This document shows positions 8,198 to 18,357 of a stretch of 64,000 nt of DNA, in pieces; positions within the stretch are counted from its first letter, which is position 1; the number at the start of each line of letters is the position of its first letter. The translations under genes were made by a program, and so were the position numbers. The stretch lies in the IMG/VR virus record IMGVR_UViG_3300046812_000216, positions 3,738-67,737 of that record; one strand, 5' to 3'. The notes beneath the pieces are model-generated. The model was not told where the DNA came from. It saw only the letters and a list, made by a program, of their open reading frames with translations, and ran no database searches. This DNA comes from a virus.

Positions 8198-10600
8198 ATG
8201 GGTGTCAACGATCCGGCCCCAGACCTCGATAGCGAGACGCCTGCGGTTGCGGCTCCTCCGAGAAAAGGCGCTCGCCCTGCCGCCCCGGTCGTCTCGAACG
8301 TCAACGCGCCCGCTCCGGATCTCGACAGCGAGGACGAGACTCCCGCAGCCAAGACAGCCCAATCGGGCGCGGAGCCGCAACACGGCTATGCGATGGATAT
8401 CGCGAAATCCGCAGGCAGCGGCGTGCTGAAGGGCGGAGCGGACATCGCTGGCCTGCCCGGCGCCGCATTGCAGGCGGAAGGATGGCTGGAGAAAAAGCTC
8501 GGCGGCGAGGGCCACGAGTACAGCCCGGATGAAAACTGGATCAAGGTCGGCGGCGTATGGGTGCCGACTATGAAAGGCGCGGAGGCCGGGCTCCAGAAAT
8601 ATGATCCGACCGGATTGTCTTCCTACGAATCGCAGACATTGCCCGGAACTCTCGCTGGTGGAGCCACACGCTTCGCGACCGGCGCAGCCCTGACCGGCGG
8701 CCTTGGCGAGGCTGCTGGAGCCGCCAGCGCGGGCGTGCGCGGCGCGCAGGCGCTCACCGCCGCGCAGAGGGCTGCAAAGGTAGGGCAGGCGATAAAGACC
8801 GGCGCTGTCTCTGGCGTCGGGTCTGAGGGGCTCGGCTATATCCCTGAGCACCTCGAAGGAACTCCGGAGTGGATGAAGACCGCAGCGCATGTCGCTGGCG
8901 CCGTGGCTGCGCCCATGGGGCTCAAGGCGGTAACTGGGAGAGGCGCAGCGGCAGCGTCCGGAGCCAATACATTCGGCAAAAATGTAGGCTCTGAAGTTCG
9001 TGGGAGCGCCAGCAATTTGAGCCAAGCTGAAATCGACATGGCTCACAGCGTCGGCCTAGAGCCGACGATGTACGACATCGCCGGGCCAAAAGGGCGGAAG
9101 GCTTTCGATCAGGCTGCGGCTAATTCGCCAGACGCGCGCGTCGTGGCTGACAAGATGGCGTCGGATATGGCTGATCGAGCGGCAAACGCCAAGCAGATCG
9201 TCGGCGACCATATCGAGGGGCTGAACGGCCGACCGCTGGATTCAGCATCGAGGCAGGCAGCTATCGAAGCTCAGGGCGACATCCAGAACAGCGCCAACTA
9301 CGGCGCCGCGCGCGCCCACCCGAATGCCGCTGATATGTCGCATCAGGGGCTGCACGATCTCGCGGATAACAGCCCGGCGCTGAGAGACGCAATCACCAAG
9401 GCGGAGGAGGCCGCGAAAGAGGTTCTCCCCATCGACAAGGCCACCGGCCTGCCCGATCAATCGAGGAAGATCATTCCGAGAAGCGCGGCGACGCCAGACA
9501 CACAAGTTCCGTCATCCATCATAGGTCCGGACGGAAAGCCGGTGATGAAGACGATTCCGGGAACACCGGCAGTCGGCGGAAATCTGAATTTCTGGCACAA
9601 CGTGAAGATGAATCTAGACAACCAGATCCAGAACGCCGTCAGGAGCGCGGACAAGCCTGTCATCAGCCAATTGATGGGCGTGAAAGAGCGCCTGCTCAAC
9701 CAGATGGACGCCGCCATCCCTGAATATCAAACAGCACGCAATGCTGCGGCTGAAACATTCGGAGCCTCAAACGCCATCGAGGCCGGTCATAATTCCATGG
9801 GGCTGGCGAAAAAGGCGTTCAACGTCCCCGACATGAATATCAATTATTCTTCCATGACTCCGGAGCAGAAATCGCTGTTTCGTGAGGGCATGCTTGGGCA
9901 TATGCACGATATCGCCACCAAAGACGGCCCGGCTGGCGTGGCGAAATTGCTGAACGATCCGAATGTCGCAAAGCATGTGAAGAATGTTCTCGGAGAGCCT
10001 GTTTTCAATCACATCAAGAACCATTCCGACATTTTGCAAAAGCTGATCAAAACCAAAGCGCCAGCATCTGAAGGCGTCCTTTCTCCTACAGTCAAGCACG
10101 AGGCTGGGAAGTGGGGCATTGGGGCCGGAGGAATTGGCGAGGCTATCGCGCTTATGCACGGCCTGCCTTTAACCGGACTCGCCGCTGGCGCGGCTGGCGC
10201 GATGGGAAGAAAAGGTTTTGAGCTTCTAAAGGACGCCAAGATCAGGCGAGAGGCAAAACGCATCGCTCCGGAAGCCGCCATGTCTCATCCAGCCACCGTG
10301 AGGCAGTATGTTCATGACGCCGCCACCAAGGCTCCAAGAGGTCTGGCGAGTCGAGCCGCCGGTCTGCCCGGAAAAGCCGCGCCATATGTCACACCAGCAT
10401 ATCAGGCAGGCAAAACGGAAGAAGTGAATCCTGAATATCAGCGCGGCGGTGCGGTGAGCGGGCATCAGCATCTGGTGGACAGGCTGTTCAGCGAGGTGGA
10501 AAAGGCCCGCAAGGCCGAGAAGGGCCGCACGTCGGTCTTGCTGCGCCAGCCGGACGAGCATATCGCCAAGGCGCTCAACATGGCGCAGGCGGCAATTTAA
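8198..10600 (+). CDS. Putative DNA-transfer/internal virion protein
   Basis: 800 aa Ala/Gly-rich helical ORF following the ejection protein; C-terminal YQRGG motif. Confidence 0.6.
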   Translation: MGVNDPAPDLDSETPAVAAPPRKGARPAAPVVSNVNAPAPDLDSEDETPAAKTAQSGAEPQHGYAMDIAKSAGSGVLKGGADIAGLPGAALQAEGWLEKKLGGEGHEYSPDENWIKVGGVWVPTMKGAEAGLQKYDPTGLSSYESQTLPGTLAGGATRFATGAALTGGLGEAAGAASAGVRGAQALTAAQRAAKVGQAIKTGAVSGVGSEGLGYIPEHLEGTPEWMKTAAHVAGAVAAPMGLKAVTGRGAAAASGANTFGKNVGSEVRGSASNLSQAEIDMAHSVGLEPTMYDIAGPKGRKAFDQAAANSPDARVVADKMASDMADRAANAKQIVGDHIEGLNGRPLDSASRQAAIEAQGDIQNSANYGAARAHPNAADMSHQGLHDLADNSPALRDAITKAEEAAKEVLPIDKATGLPDQSRKIIPRSAATPDTQVPSSIIGPDGKPVMKTIPGTPAVGGNLNFWHNVKMNLDNQIQNAVRSADKPVISQLMGVKERLLNQMDAAIPEYQTARNAAAETFGASNAIEAGHNSMGLAKKAFNVPDMNINYSSMTPEQKSLFREGMLGHMHDIATKDGPAGVAKLLNDPNVAKHVKNVLGEPVFNHIKNHSDILQKLIKTKAPASEGVLSPTVKHEAGKWGIGAGGIGEAIALMHGLPLTGLAAGAAGAMGRKGFELLKDAKIRREAKRIAPEAAMSHPATVRQYVHDAATKAPRGLASRAAGLPGKAAPYVTPAYQAGKTEEVNPEYQRGGAVSGHQHLVDRLFSEVEKARKAEKGRTSVLLRQPDEHIAKALNMAQAAI

Positions 10601-10611
10601 GGAGCCCGGCG

Positions 10612-11607
10612 ATGGTCAACAGCTTCACCTATACCACGAACAAAAGCATCGCCAAGCCTGCGTTCAACAACACTGGCTGGGATGTGCCGCTCAATCAAGA
10701 CTTCGACATGATCGACATGGCGATGGGCGGAACGCAGCCGATGAACCTGACAGGTTTTGCTGGCGGCGGAATTATGCTGACGCCGACATGGCCGATTGTC
10801 GGTAGTCCCCTCGGCAGCGCCAGCTACATCCCAAAGCGCCTAGGCGTCTCCGGAACAATGACCAACTACGCGGTCATTGTTGTCCCGACAGGCGTTGCTG
10901 GAGTGTGGATAGTAGGGAATTACACGAGCGGTAATTTCGCCCTCCTCATGCAAGGACAAGGTGGCGGAGCCTATGTTACTTGCCCGAAAAATCAAGAAAC
11001 ACTCGTCTATTGCGACGGAACTAATGCTATAATGGTAGGAACTAACACCGCGTCACTATTCGCTGTCGGAGATTATAAATATACAGCGTCGCCAAACGGG
11101 CAGGCTGGTTGGCTTATCTGCAACGGCCAGTCTCTTCCTATTTCATCATATACGGCGTTGTGGAACGCCATCGGCGGCTATTACGGTCAGGTTGATGGGT
11201 CGCATTTCAATGTGCCGAATTTGATCGGCCGCGTGCTCGCCCACGCCGACCAGAACCAAGGCGTCGTTCCGGGGCTCAATTTCGCGCAGTATGCTGGGGC
11301 GTGGTACAATGTTCTCGACATCAGCCAGATTCCGTCGCACAACCATGGCGGCGGCAACCACGGCCATGGCGCTTATGACAGAGGGCATCTGCATGGCATG
11401 GCCGGTCAGGTTCTAGTGCCTGTCGCCGGTCCCAATGCCGCTTTTGGCAATGGCTGGAAGTTCGACTACCCCACCACTGCCGTTGGGTACGCCGACATCG
11501 TGGTTAACGCCAGTGGCGATACTATCGGCTATCAGGGCGGCAATGCGGCCCACAACAACGTCCAGCCAAGCATGGGCTGCTACATCTTCATTTATGCCGG
11601 TGTCTGA
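10612..11607 (+). CDS. Tail collar-domain protein (short tail fibre)
   Basis: VGDYKY...GWLICNGQSL...YTALWNAIG...FNVPNLIGRV and SHNHG...AHNNVQP are tail-collar motifs; RBS AAGGAG. Confidence 0.85.
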   Translation: MVNSFTYTTNKSIAKPAFNNTGWDVPLNQDFDMIDMAMGGTQPMNLTGFAGGGIMLTPTWPIVGSPLGSASYIPKRLGVSGTMTNYAVIVVPTGVAGVWIVGNYTSGNFALLMQGQGGGAYVTCPKNQETLVYCDGTNAIMVGTNTASLFAVGDYKYTASPNGQAGWLICNGQSLPISSYTALWNAIGGYYGQVDGSHFNVPNLIGRVLAHADQNQGVVPGLNFAQYAGAWYNVLDISQIPSHNHGGGNHGHGAYDRGHLHGMAGQVLVPVAGPNAAFGNGWKFDYPTTAVGYADIVVNASGDTIGYQGGNAAHNNVQPSMGCYIFIYAGV

Positions 11608-12032
11608 AGGCTTCGCGGAACATAGGGCGAAATCGCCTTGAGGCGGTGCGCCTCGCAATAGACGCACCCCTTCGTGACCTTGGAGCCGCAGTAGGTCAGG
11701 CCTCCGGCTTGGCGCGGATCTCCGTAAGGCCACCGGCACGTCGTCCTCTTCAGGTCCATGATCGTGATCCTGCCCACCTCCGGCGGCGGAGGCGGAGGAG
11801 GCGTTATGAGCGCCTCCTCTCTCGCCGCTCTTGCCTCCTTTGATTTAACGCATTTTCTTTCGTCTTTCTCCCGACCCACATCGACGCCTTTGGCGCGCAG
11901 GCGGGCAAGAATGCCGCTGATGGTGCTCTTGGTCACGCCGAGATCAGCGCCAATCTGGGAGGTGGTTTTCCCATCCTTCCATTTGGCGATGATTTTCTTC
12001 TCGGTTTCGCGCAGACGGATTTCTTCGGTCAA
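11592..12032 (-). CDS. gcrA: GcrA-like cell-cycle regulator
   Basis: N-terminal HTH WKDGKTTSQIGADLGVTKSTISGILARL; C-terminal ITIMDLKRTTCRWPYGDP...YCG...YCEAH. TTG start overlapping the upstream stop is inferred. Confidence 0.9.
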   Translation of the reverse strand: MTEEIRLRETEKKIIAKWKDGKTTSQIGADLGVTKSTISGILARLRAKGVDVGREKDERKCVKSKEARAAREEALITPPPPPPPEVGRITIMDLKRTTCRWPYGDPRQAGGLTYCGSKVTKGCVYCEAHRLKAISPYVPRSLQTPA

Positions 12033-12580
12033 TAGCTCAAGGCTCCAGCCCACGGCACAATGGGCGACAGGTGCGGGCGCCGGGCGACGGAAAGCTTGCC
12101 AAACAGCAGCGAGTCGTCGGTGACGCCCAGCGCCATCGCCGTCACCTTGGTCAGGGCGTAGAGCGCCGGGCCGGACGCCTTGGGCGCCGCCGGGGCATAA
12201 GCCATCACCTTGGGAGTGGCGACATCCTGCCTTGCATAATGATGGCTGGGCCACGGCGACCAAGCATGGCGGCGGCGGTGGCGCGGCGCGACATCTTCAC
12301 GGGCGGCCATCCAGCGGTGAGCCCGAATCCGGTGATGCGCGTAGAGGGCCACAGGAGGCCGCTGGCGGGCATACGGCCTTGGCGGGTGCTGGGGTGGCCG
12401 GGTTGCCTTCCGAAGCTCCTGTTTGGCCTCGCTGTCGTAGCCAAACACGCGGGCAAAAGGGGGAGGGATAACCGCCGCCGCCTGCACGGCCGGGCGGGCC
12501 TGCCGATGCTGGTGATGAAGGCGCGCCTCGGCGGCGTTCGAAGCGAGCAGCAGGGCGAGGGCGATGATGATCTTTTTCAT
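12029..12580 (-). CDS. Hypothetical exported protein
   Basis: Signal-peptide-like MKKIIIALALLLASNAAEA. Confidence 0.55.
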   Translation of the reverse strand: MKKIIIALALLLASNAAEARLHHQHRQARPAVQAAAVIPPPFARVFGYDSEAKQELRKATRPPQHPPRPYARQRPPVALYAHHRIRAHRWMAAREDVAPRHRRRHAWSPWPSHHYARQDVATPKVMAYAPAAPKASGPALYALTKVTAMALGVTDDSLLFGKLSVARRPHLSPIVPWAGALSY

Positions 12581-12592
12581 GCGTTCGTTCCT

Positions 12593-12985
12593 TCAGATGG
12601 GGCCACAGGTGTCGAATTTGGTGAGATCGGGCTCGACCTCGACGGTATGATCCCCCATCGCGCGGCAGAAAGCGGCGAGGAGGGCGCGGGCGCGTTCGCT
12701 GTTGTTATGGCCGACGCCGATCACGTAGGGGACGCCGTCAGGGTCGATCTCGACCAAGGCTGCGCTCCAATAGCGATTATTGGGGTGCTGGGCAAGGTGA
12801 GGAGCCGCCTTGGGCAAGGCGTGCTTGATCAGCGCGAAGACCGCGTCGGTGGATTCGGTGTAATGCTCGTCGAGCATGGTCGAGTTGTAGACCGCCAAGG
12901 CGATCCGGTCGTCGAGAACCTTGTCGGGGTTGACCGCGATCTCGCACAGCGCGGCCATCTGCCGCCATTCAGCCTTTGTGGTCAT
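12593..12985 (-). CDS. Hypothetical protein
   Basis: RBS GGAGGA; phage-like codon usage. Confidence 0.65.
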   Translation of the reverse strand: MTTKAEWRQMAALCEIAVNPDKVLDDRIALAVYNSTMLDEHYTESTDAVFALIKHALPKAAPHLAQHPNNRYWSAALVEIDPDGVPYVIGVGHNNSERARALLAAFCRAMGDHTVEVEPDLTKFDTCGPI

Positions 12986-13193
12986 TGGTTTCCTCCTTGA
13001 GCAGGGCGTCGCGGTGGGCGGCGATCAGGCGTTCGCGGTAGTCGATCAAGGCCTTGAACACAAGGCTGTCGAGCGCAACCACATTGTTGGAGTGATGATT
13101 GACGGCCAGCCAGACATGCTCGCCGTCGAAGCTGGCGTAGACGCCGTCTCCGAGATAGTCCTGATAATCAGGCGGAGTAAATCTCTCTGTCAT
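12969..13193 (-). CDS. Hypothetical protein
   Basis: YLGDGVYASFDG motif; overlaps its neighbours in the operon. Confidence 0.65.
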   Translation of the reverse strand: MTERFTPPDYQDYLGDGVYASFDGEHVWLAVNHHSNNVVALDSLVFKALIDYRERLIAAHRDALLKEETNDHKG

Positions 13194-13557
13194 TTTCTGT
13201 GCTTTCGAGAAGAAGAGTGTCGTCAATATTGCGGTCGATATGCGCGAGGATCTCAGCGAATTCCTGCTGGACCTCCATGCGCAAGGCCTTGAGGGCGTCT
13301 GACTTGATGGCGAACCACGGGCCGCTGGATTCCTGCGTGTCGGTCTTGGTGGTGCTGCGGTTGCTGTGGCCGGTGCTGGTGAAGCAGCCCTGATAGACGT
13401 GGCGATTGTAGGTGTTGAAGGACCAGCCGACCTGAAGCTCGCCCAAGCGCGGGACCATCTTGGCCGGGAAGAACCGCTGGAAGCACAGGGCGCGGGCCTC
13501 GCGCACCATCTTCTCCAGCCTCGCCATTTTTGCCTGCTCGATCTTGGTCATCGCCAT
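13168..13557 (-). CDS. Hypothetical protein
   Basis: Operon-packed ORF with RBS AAGGA. Confidence 0.6.
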   Translation of the reverse strand: MAMTKIEQAKMARLEKMVREARALCFQRFFPAKMVPRLGELQVGWSFNTYNRHVYQGCFTSTGHSNRSTTKTDTQESSGPWFAIKSDALKALRMEVQQEFAEILAHIDRNIDDTLLLESTENDREIYSA

Positions 13558-13561
13558 GGCG

Positions 13562-13771
13562 TCAGTCCTTCTGGATGGAAAACGAGGGCAGCGTCACCTT
13601 GCGCGCCCGGCGGGTGGTTGATGCCTTGCCTGCGCTGAACGCGCGCTCCTGCTTTGACGGCTGGAGCGTCCACTGATGCGCCTTCCTGAATTCGGCCGCC
13701 TCCTGATGGACCTCGTGAAAGCGCTTATTGCGGTCTTCCTTGTATGGGTCGAATCCGTGGTGGATCATCAT
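13562..13771 (-). CDS. Hypothetical protein
   Basis: Small ORF with RBS GGGAGA. Confidence 0.5.
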   Translation of the reverse strand: MMIHHGFDPYKEDRNKRFHEVHQEAAEFRKAHQWTLQPSKQERAFSAGKASTTRRARKVTLPSFSIQKD

Positions 13772-14061
13772 TTTCTCCCTAGTGAGCGAAGGGGATGCCG
13801 TGTTTGTGGATGTACCAGAACGCCATGATCAGCAGCAGGAAAGCGATCACGAGCGGGGCGGAAAGGAAACCGACAAGGAATCCCATCCAGAATTCGTTCA
13901 TTTCGAAAGCTCCAGCAGCCAACCGGCGAAATGCCAGCCAAGATATCCAAAGATGGTCCCGACCAGCGCGAAGCTCAGGAAAACGCAAGCCCATGCAAAA
14001 CCCCTTCCGATTTTCCGCATGAGTTTCGCGCGCCGGACCTCGCGCTCGTCGGGGACCGGGA

Positions 14062-14517
14062 TCATCTCAGCCTCGTCTTGAAGCCAAGCTTCTCGCTGGT
14101 GGCGTTGAACTTTTCGAAGATTGCCAGATCCAACTCGATTCCGGACTTGATGGCGATCAGTGAGGTGTAGATCACCACATCGGCCAGTTCAGCGGCCAGA
14201 TCCGACTTGCTGGCCCGCGATCCTTTAAGGCTAAGGCGCTCGCGCTCCAGCTTCTTGATGATGTTGCAGGCCTCGCCGACTTCACCGGCCAGCGCGTTGC
14301 CGAAGTAGCAAAGGTCGAGCGTGTCGCCCCCATCCCATTCGCGCTGGCGGGCGGTGTTGGCCTGCTCCAGCGTGTCGTAATAGACGAGGGGCTGGGGCTC
14401 GACCTCGTGCATCTTCGCAAAGAGCACGTTCCTGATCTTGGCGGCGGCGTTGCTGGGGTCCATTCCGGCCTCGCGCGCCAGAAGGTTGGCGAGGGCGTTA
14501 ACCTGTTCTTCGGTCAT
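14062..14517 (-). CDS. MazG-like nucleotide pyrophosphohydrolase
   Basis: LAGEVGEACNIIKK...LAAELADVVIY is the all-alpha NTP-PPase motif. Confidence 0.85.
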   Translation of the reverse strand: MTEEQVNALANLLAREAGMDPSNAAAKIRNVLFAKMHEVEPQPLVYYDTLEQANTARQREWDGGDTLDLCYFGNALAGEVGEACNIIKKLERERLSLKGSRASKSDLAAELADVVIYTSLIAIKSGIELDLAIFEKFNATSEKLGFKTRLR

Positions 14518-14519
14518 GG

Positions 14520-14741
14520 TCAGTTCTTCCTTACTCTCGTGCGATAGATTTTCTGGCGCAGCACCGCGTGATCGTCGAATTCATCGATCAGCTTGGAGTT
14601 GCGATATTCCACCGGCAGATGCCTGCTGTAGGCCAGCATGCGGTGGAACCTGTTGTTGAGGCTCTGGTCGCTCAGGCGGACCAGAGCGTTGCTCAGGACG
14701 ATAATGACGGTTTCTTTTTCGAGGTAAGGGCTCATCGACAT
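14520..14741 (-). CDS. Hypothetical protein
   Basis: Operon-packed ORF (MSMSPYLEKE...). Confidence 0.5.
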   Translation of the reverse strand: MSMSPYLEKETVIIVLSNALVRLSDQSLNNRFHRMLAYSRHLPVEYRNSKLIDEFDDHAVLRQKIYRTRVRKN

Positions 14742-14745
14742 CGGA

Positions 14746-15159
14746 TCACTCCGCGACGAAGATTGGCTTGGCCGACAGGAGATTGGCGGTGACGAGGGCG
14801 TCGTCGAACAGTCCCTCGACCTCAACCATGCTAAAGCTGGATTTCCTGAAATCTTCTTTGGTGACGAAGCCGGAGCCGTCAGCCTTGTCGATCATGGCGA
14901 GGGCCAGACGGCGGATGCTGTCGTCGCGGTGGGTGCTGACGAATTTCTCGGCCGCGTTCTCGATCTTTTCGAGAGCCTCTTCGAAGGTGGCGGCATATTC
15001 GCACATCACCGACTTGCCGGTGACGCCTTGAGGATAGAGCGAGCAGAGGATCGGATTGTTGTCGGGGCGGCCGGTGGCGAAGCCGTAGCCGACATAGCAC
15101 TTGGGGCCAAACTTGGCGGCGATCTTGTTGATGCGGGTGTTGATCTCTGCGGGCGTCAT
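14746..15159 (-). CDS. Hypothetical protein
   Basis: RBS AAAGGA; upstream TTGACG-N18-TAAGAT promoter-like element. Confidence 0.6.
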   Translation of the reverse strand: MTPAEINTRINKIAAKFGPKCYVGYGFATGRPDNNPILCSLYPQGVTGKSVMCEYAATFEEALEKIENAAEKFVSTHRDDSIRRLALAMIDKADGSGFVTKEDFRKSSFSMVEVEGLFDDALVTANLLSAKPIFVAE

Positions 15160-15846
15160 GTGGTGTTTCCTTTCGTTCATACAGGCGGATCTTACCGTGG
15201 TTTATTTTGCACCGTCAACCGCTTTTTTGACCTCGTCGGCAAAGCGGCTGTTGATTTTCGCCAGTTCGATCATGGCGTGCTTGCGGTCGTAGCAGAAGCA
15301 GTCATTGGCGTGGTGATCGACATCGAGGTCGGCCAGACACATGCAGCGCGGGCTGGAGCAAGCGCCGATCTTCGCCAGAGCCTTCTTCCGCACCTCCAGC
15401 GCATAGATGATCCAGTCGATAGGGTCAGGCGTATTTGATTCGTCCACAGACATCCTCCTCATGGGTGCGCGGGAAAACCGTGCCGAAGGGCGTGGCATAG
15501 AGGCTTGGCGGCCGAATCAAGCAGTCGCCATAGAGCCCCTCGCTATCGACAATCTTGTCGCTGTCCACGATGTCGCGCGCGCCACGGCGCCAGTAAAAGC
15601 AGAATTTGCAGCAGCAATCCGGATCTTCGAAGATCTTCGACATCTACCTCTCCAAAACCTTGATGGCGCGGGTTACCCTCATGACCGGCTGAATTCTCTT
15701 GTCGTTGAGGTGCTCAAGCGCCAGCGCCACGCGCCGCGAGTTTTCGCTCTGGGCGGCCTGCGATTTCACCAGATCGTCCTGAAGCTCGTGGATCTTGTCG
15801 GTGAGGCGCTGGACGATGTCCAAGTGAAGCTTCTCCCTCGGCCCCA

Positions 15847-16113
15847 CTACGGTGTCGCCTTCGGCTGGTCCTTGATCAAATTGCATTTGGCGATGTCCGC
15901 AGTGTTGAGGATGATTTGCTTGTTGAAAACGACGACGGGCGTGACGTGTCCAGACGGGCGCTCATTGTAATATTCGTCCACGACGATGAATTTCGCCCGG
16001 CAAAGAGTGCCGCAGAGACTGTCGAGATCTTCCGCCGGGTGGTGGAAGATGACTGTGTGAACCAGATTGTTGTCTTTGGTCGCCACCTTCAGCGTAGCAA
16101 GAAACATCGCCAT
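15847..16113 (-). CDS. Hypothetical protein
   Basis: 88 aa ORF heading a run of small overlapping ORFs (15202-16113). Confidence 0.55.
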   Translation of the reverse strand: MAMFLATLKVATKDNNLVHTVIFHHPAEDLDSLCGTLCRAKFIVVDEYYNERPSGHVTPVVVFNKQIILNTADIAKCNLIKDQPKATP

Positions 16114-16164
16114 CTTGTGAACCTTCAGAGGAGACGGGGCGAACCCGCCTCCCCGCCTTGTCGA

Positions 16165-16815
16165 TCAGCCGAAATCGTCGGCGTCCGCTGTTTCATGCGT
16201 GACCTTTTTCGCCCCTGTTTCCGGAGGCGTCTTGCCCTGCTGCTGAGTCTGCTGCGGCTCAGGCTTTTTCTCCGGCGCCCAGTTGGAGACAAGATCTTCC
16301 GGCCGGTTGACCCACGCCGTGATCTTGAACTTGGGCCGGTAATTGGTGGACTTCTTCTCGCCGTTGCCGGACGTGACCGGCGTCGTGCTCTCGATGATCA
16401 CCACCGGAACCTTGCCCGGATTTGCCTTGACCTGAGCGTCATAGTCGTCGGTCAGTTCGTCGAACCCGCCAAGAATCGCATTGGAGTTGCCCGCGATTTC
16501 GCGAACAGATCCGCCGTGCTCCTTGTTGAGCTTGATCATGCAGCGCACGCCCTTCTTGAAGGCGGGCGACGGCCGATCCGGGAAAGGCGCAAAGCGCGGA
16601 GCCATGCGGAATTCCGGAGCCGATCCGGCCGAGAAATTGATCCAGCCGACCTCCATGTGGGCGATGTCGAACACCGCCTTGAAGTTGTGGATTTCGACCG
16701 ATTCGCTCACGCCGTCAGCGCGATCCACGCGGAAGATCCGCCCGGCGCGCGCGTCATATTTCACGATGTCGTTAAAGTCGCCGCCTTCGCTGCCATAGTC
16801 AAAACCAAGAGCCAT
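16165..16815 (-). CDS. Putative single-stranded DNA-binding protein
   Basis: Beta-rich core, Pro/Gln linker and acidic-aromatic tail (ADADDFG); next to a nuclease gene. Confidence 0.6.
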   Translation of the reverse strand: MALGFDYGSEGGDFNDIVKYDARAGRIFRVDRADGVSESVEIHNFKAVFDIAHMEVGWINFSAGSAPEFRMAPRFAPFPDRPSPAFKKGVRCMIKLNKEHGGSVREIAGNSNAILGGFDELTDDYDAQVKANPGKVPVVIIESTTPVTSGNGEKKSTNYRPKFKITAWVNRPEDLVSNWAPEKKPEPQQTQQQGKTPPETGAKKVTHETADADDFG

Positions 16816-16882
16816 GACCCTTTTCCTTCTCATGTTCCGGCAGTATGGCCCGCCGGTCGCCTTTTCCCGCTATCGGGAAACC

Positions 16883-17644
16883 TCAGATGCCCCACACCTC
16901 GAACGCCATCTGGCGGGTGACGGGGTCATTAAAATAGAAGCTGTCGATGTCCGGGACAACGAGCCCGGCAAGCTCCATCGGATCTTTCGACAGCGCGACG
17001 AAACGCTGGATGGTCGCCGCGATCTTGTTCAGCGCCAAGATGTGGCCCTTGACGTTCTCTAGCCGGTAGGTGGCGACCTTCTTGGGCGTGACGTAGGTCA
17101 CCCGCCCGTCGATATTGGTGTCGGCCTTGCCGCTCTTGGCGGCGCAATAGAAGGCGATCTGGCGGGCGTGGTTGATCTTGATCTCTGACGGCAGCGCCCA
17201 CGTCGTCTTCAGGTCGATGATCAGGCCGCGCTTTTCCCACTCGAAATCATAATAGCCGATCATCGGCACTGCGATGTCGTCGAACCTGTATTCCAGCAGG
17301 CCTTGCACGCTGCTGGGCGCGCCATAGGGGAGAAGCTCGCCCATGCCCATCATCACCATTTCCGGAACGCCTCCGGCTTCTTTGTCGGCGCGCGGGTCGG
17401 TGGTCATGGCGGTCAGGGTTTTGAATTGATCCATCGCCTTGGACTGGCAGTCGCGCAGCGCGGCCTTGCTGGTCAGACCATGGGCGACGCCGGTTTCTAC
17501 GGACGTGCCGCGATGGGCTGCGGCGCCAACGCTGGTTTTTTTCTTGAGGATTCGCTGAAGCACGAAAAGGGCTGGCGACCCAATAAACTGGGTGCAGGCC
17601 GATGGGGACAGGTGATCGATGTCGTGCGCTTCAAACGGGTTCAT
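16883..17644 (-). CDS. PD-(D/E)XK exonuclease (RecB/Cas4-like recombination nuclease)
   Basis: HLSPS...RGTSVE...IGYYDF...IIDLKTT...RQIAFY. Confidence 0.85.
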   Translation of the reverse strand: MNPFEAHDIDHLSPSACTQFIGSPALFVLQRILKKKTSVGAAAHRGTSVETGVAHGLTSKAALRDCQSKAMDQFKTLTAMTTDPRADKEAGGVPEMVMMGMGELLPYGAPSSVQGLLEYRFDDIAVPMIGYYDFEWEKRGLIIDLKTTWALPSEIKINHARQIAFYCAAKSGKADTNIDGRVTYVTPKKVATYRLENVKGHILALNKIAATIQRFVALSKDPMELAGLVVPDIDSFYFNDPVTRQMAFEVWGI

Positions 17645-17695
17645 GCGATCACTCCAAGAGGAAAACGCCGGGGACCGAAATCCCCGGCGAGTAGA

Positions 17696-18064
17696 TTAGT
17701 GACCGGCAGCGCCGCCGCCGACCGCGATCACGCTGGCTCCGCCCGACGTGGTCGAACCGGCGAGGCCGTTGCCCGAAGACGCGGCAAGCGTGCTGGAGGT
17801 GGACGAAGCCGTTCCGGCGCCGCCGCCGCCCGCGATGGAGCCGCCGAAGAAGCCGCCAGTGGCCGCCCCGCCGCCGCCCGCAACGCCGGTCGCGCTGGCG
17901 GTCGTGCCGCCGATGGCCGCAGCGTGGCCGAGCGAGCCCGTCAGCGTGCTGGAGTGGGTGTTGGTGATGACGACGCCGCCGCCGACGCCGAAGGCGTTGA
18001 CCTGAGCGAAAGCCGGAGCCGCAACCAGAGCCAGCGCGCTGGCGAGAACAAGGATCTTCTTCAT
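17696..18064 (-). CDS. Small secreted Gly/Ser/Ala-rich protein
   Basis: Signal peptide MKKILVLASALALVAAPAFA; the mature part has no Asp, Glu, Lys or Arg. Confidence 0.7.
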   Translation of the reverse strand: MKKILVLASALALVAAPAFAQVNAFGVGGGVVITNTHSSTLTGSLGHAAAIGGTTASATGVAGGGGAATGGFFGGSIAGGGGAGTASSTSSTLAASSGNGLAGSTTSGGASVIAVGGGAAGH

Positions 18065-18357
18065 GCTATTTTCCCTATAGGTTTGCCAAGGAACCGCCTT
18101 GGCGCGGATATCTTGAGCCACCGCCCACGCCCCCGAAACTGCGAAGGTCCAAAGCGTGGGCGGCGTTCAACTTGCTTTCGTGCCGCTCTGTCTGGGAGGC
18201 TTGGCACGCCCCGCTCTCCACGAGGGACGCAAGAACTTAATTCATGGTCGTCAGCAGCCGCCTGAACGGTAAAAGCCGACGACCAGCTTGCTTTCGTGAC
18301 TAGCTGATGAGCGCGTTTTGTCACGCCCGCGCCGTTGAGTTGCGCGGGGACGCAAGG

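Noticed and set aside
16883-17644. Cas4 as an adaptation module for the array
   Set aside because: No four-Cys Fe-S motif; its position beside the SSB fits an ordinary recombination exonuclease.
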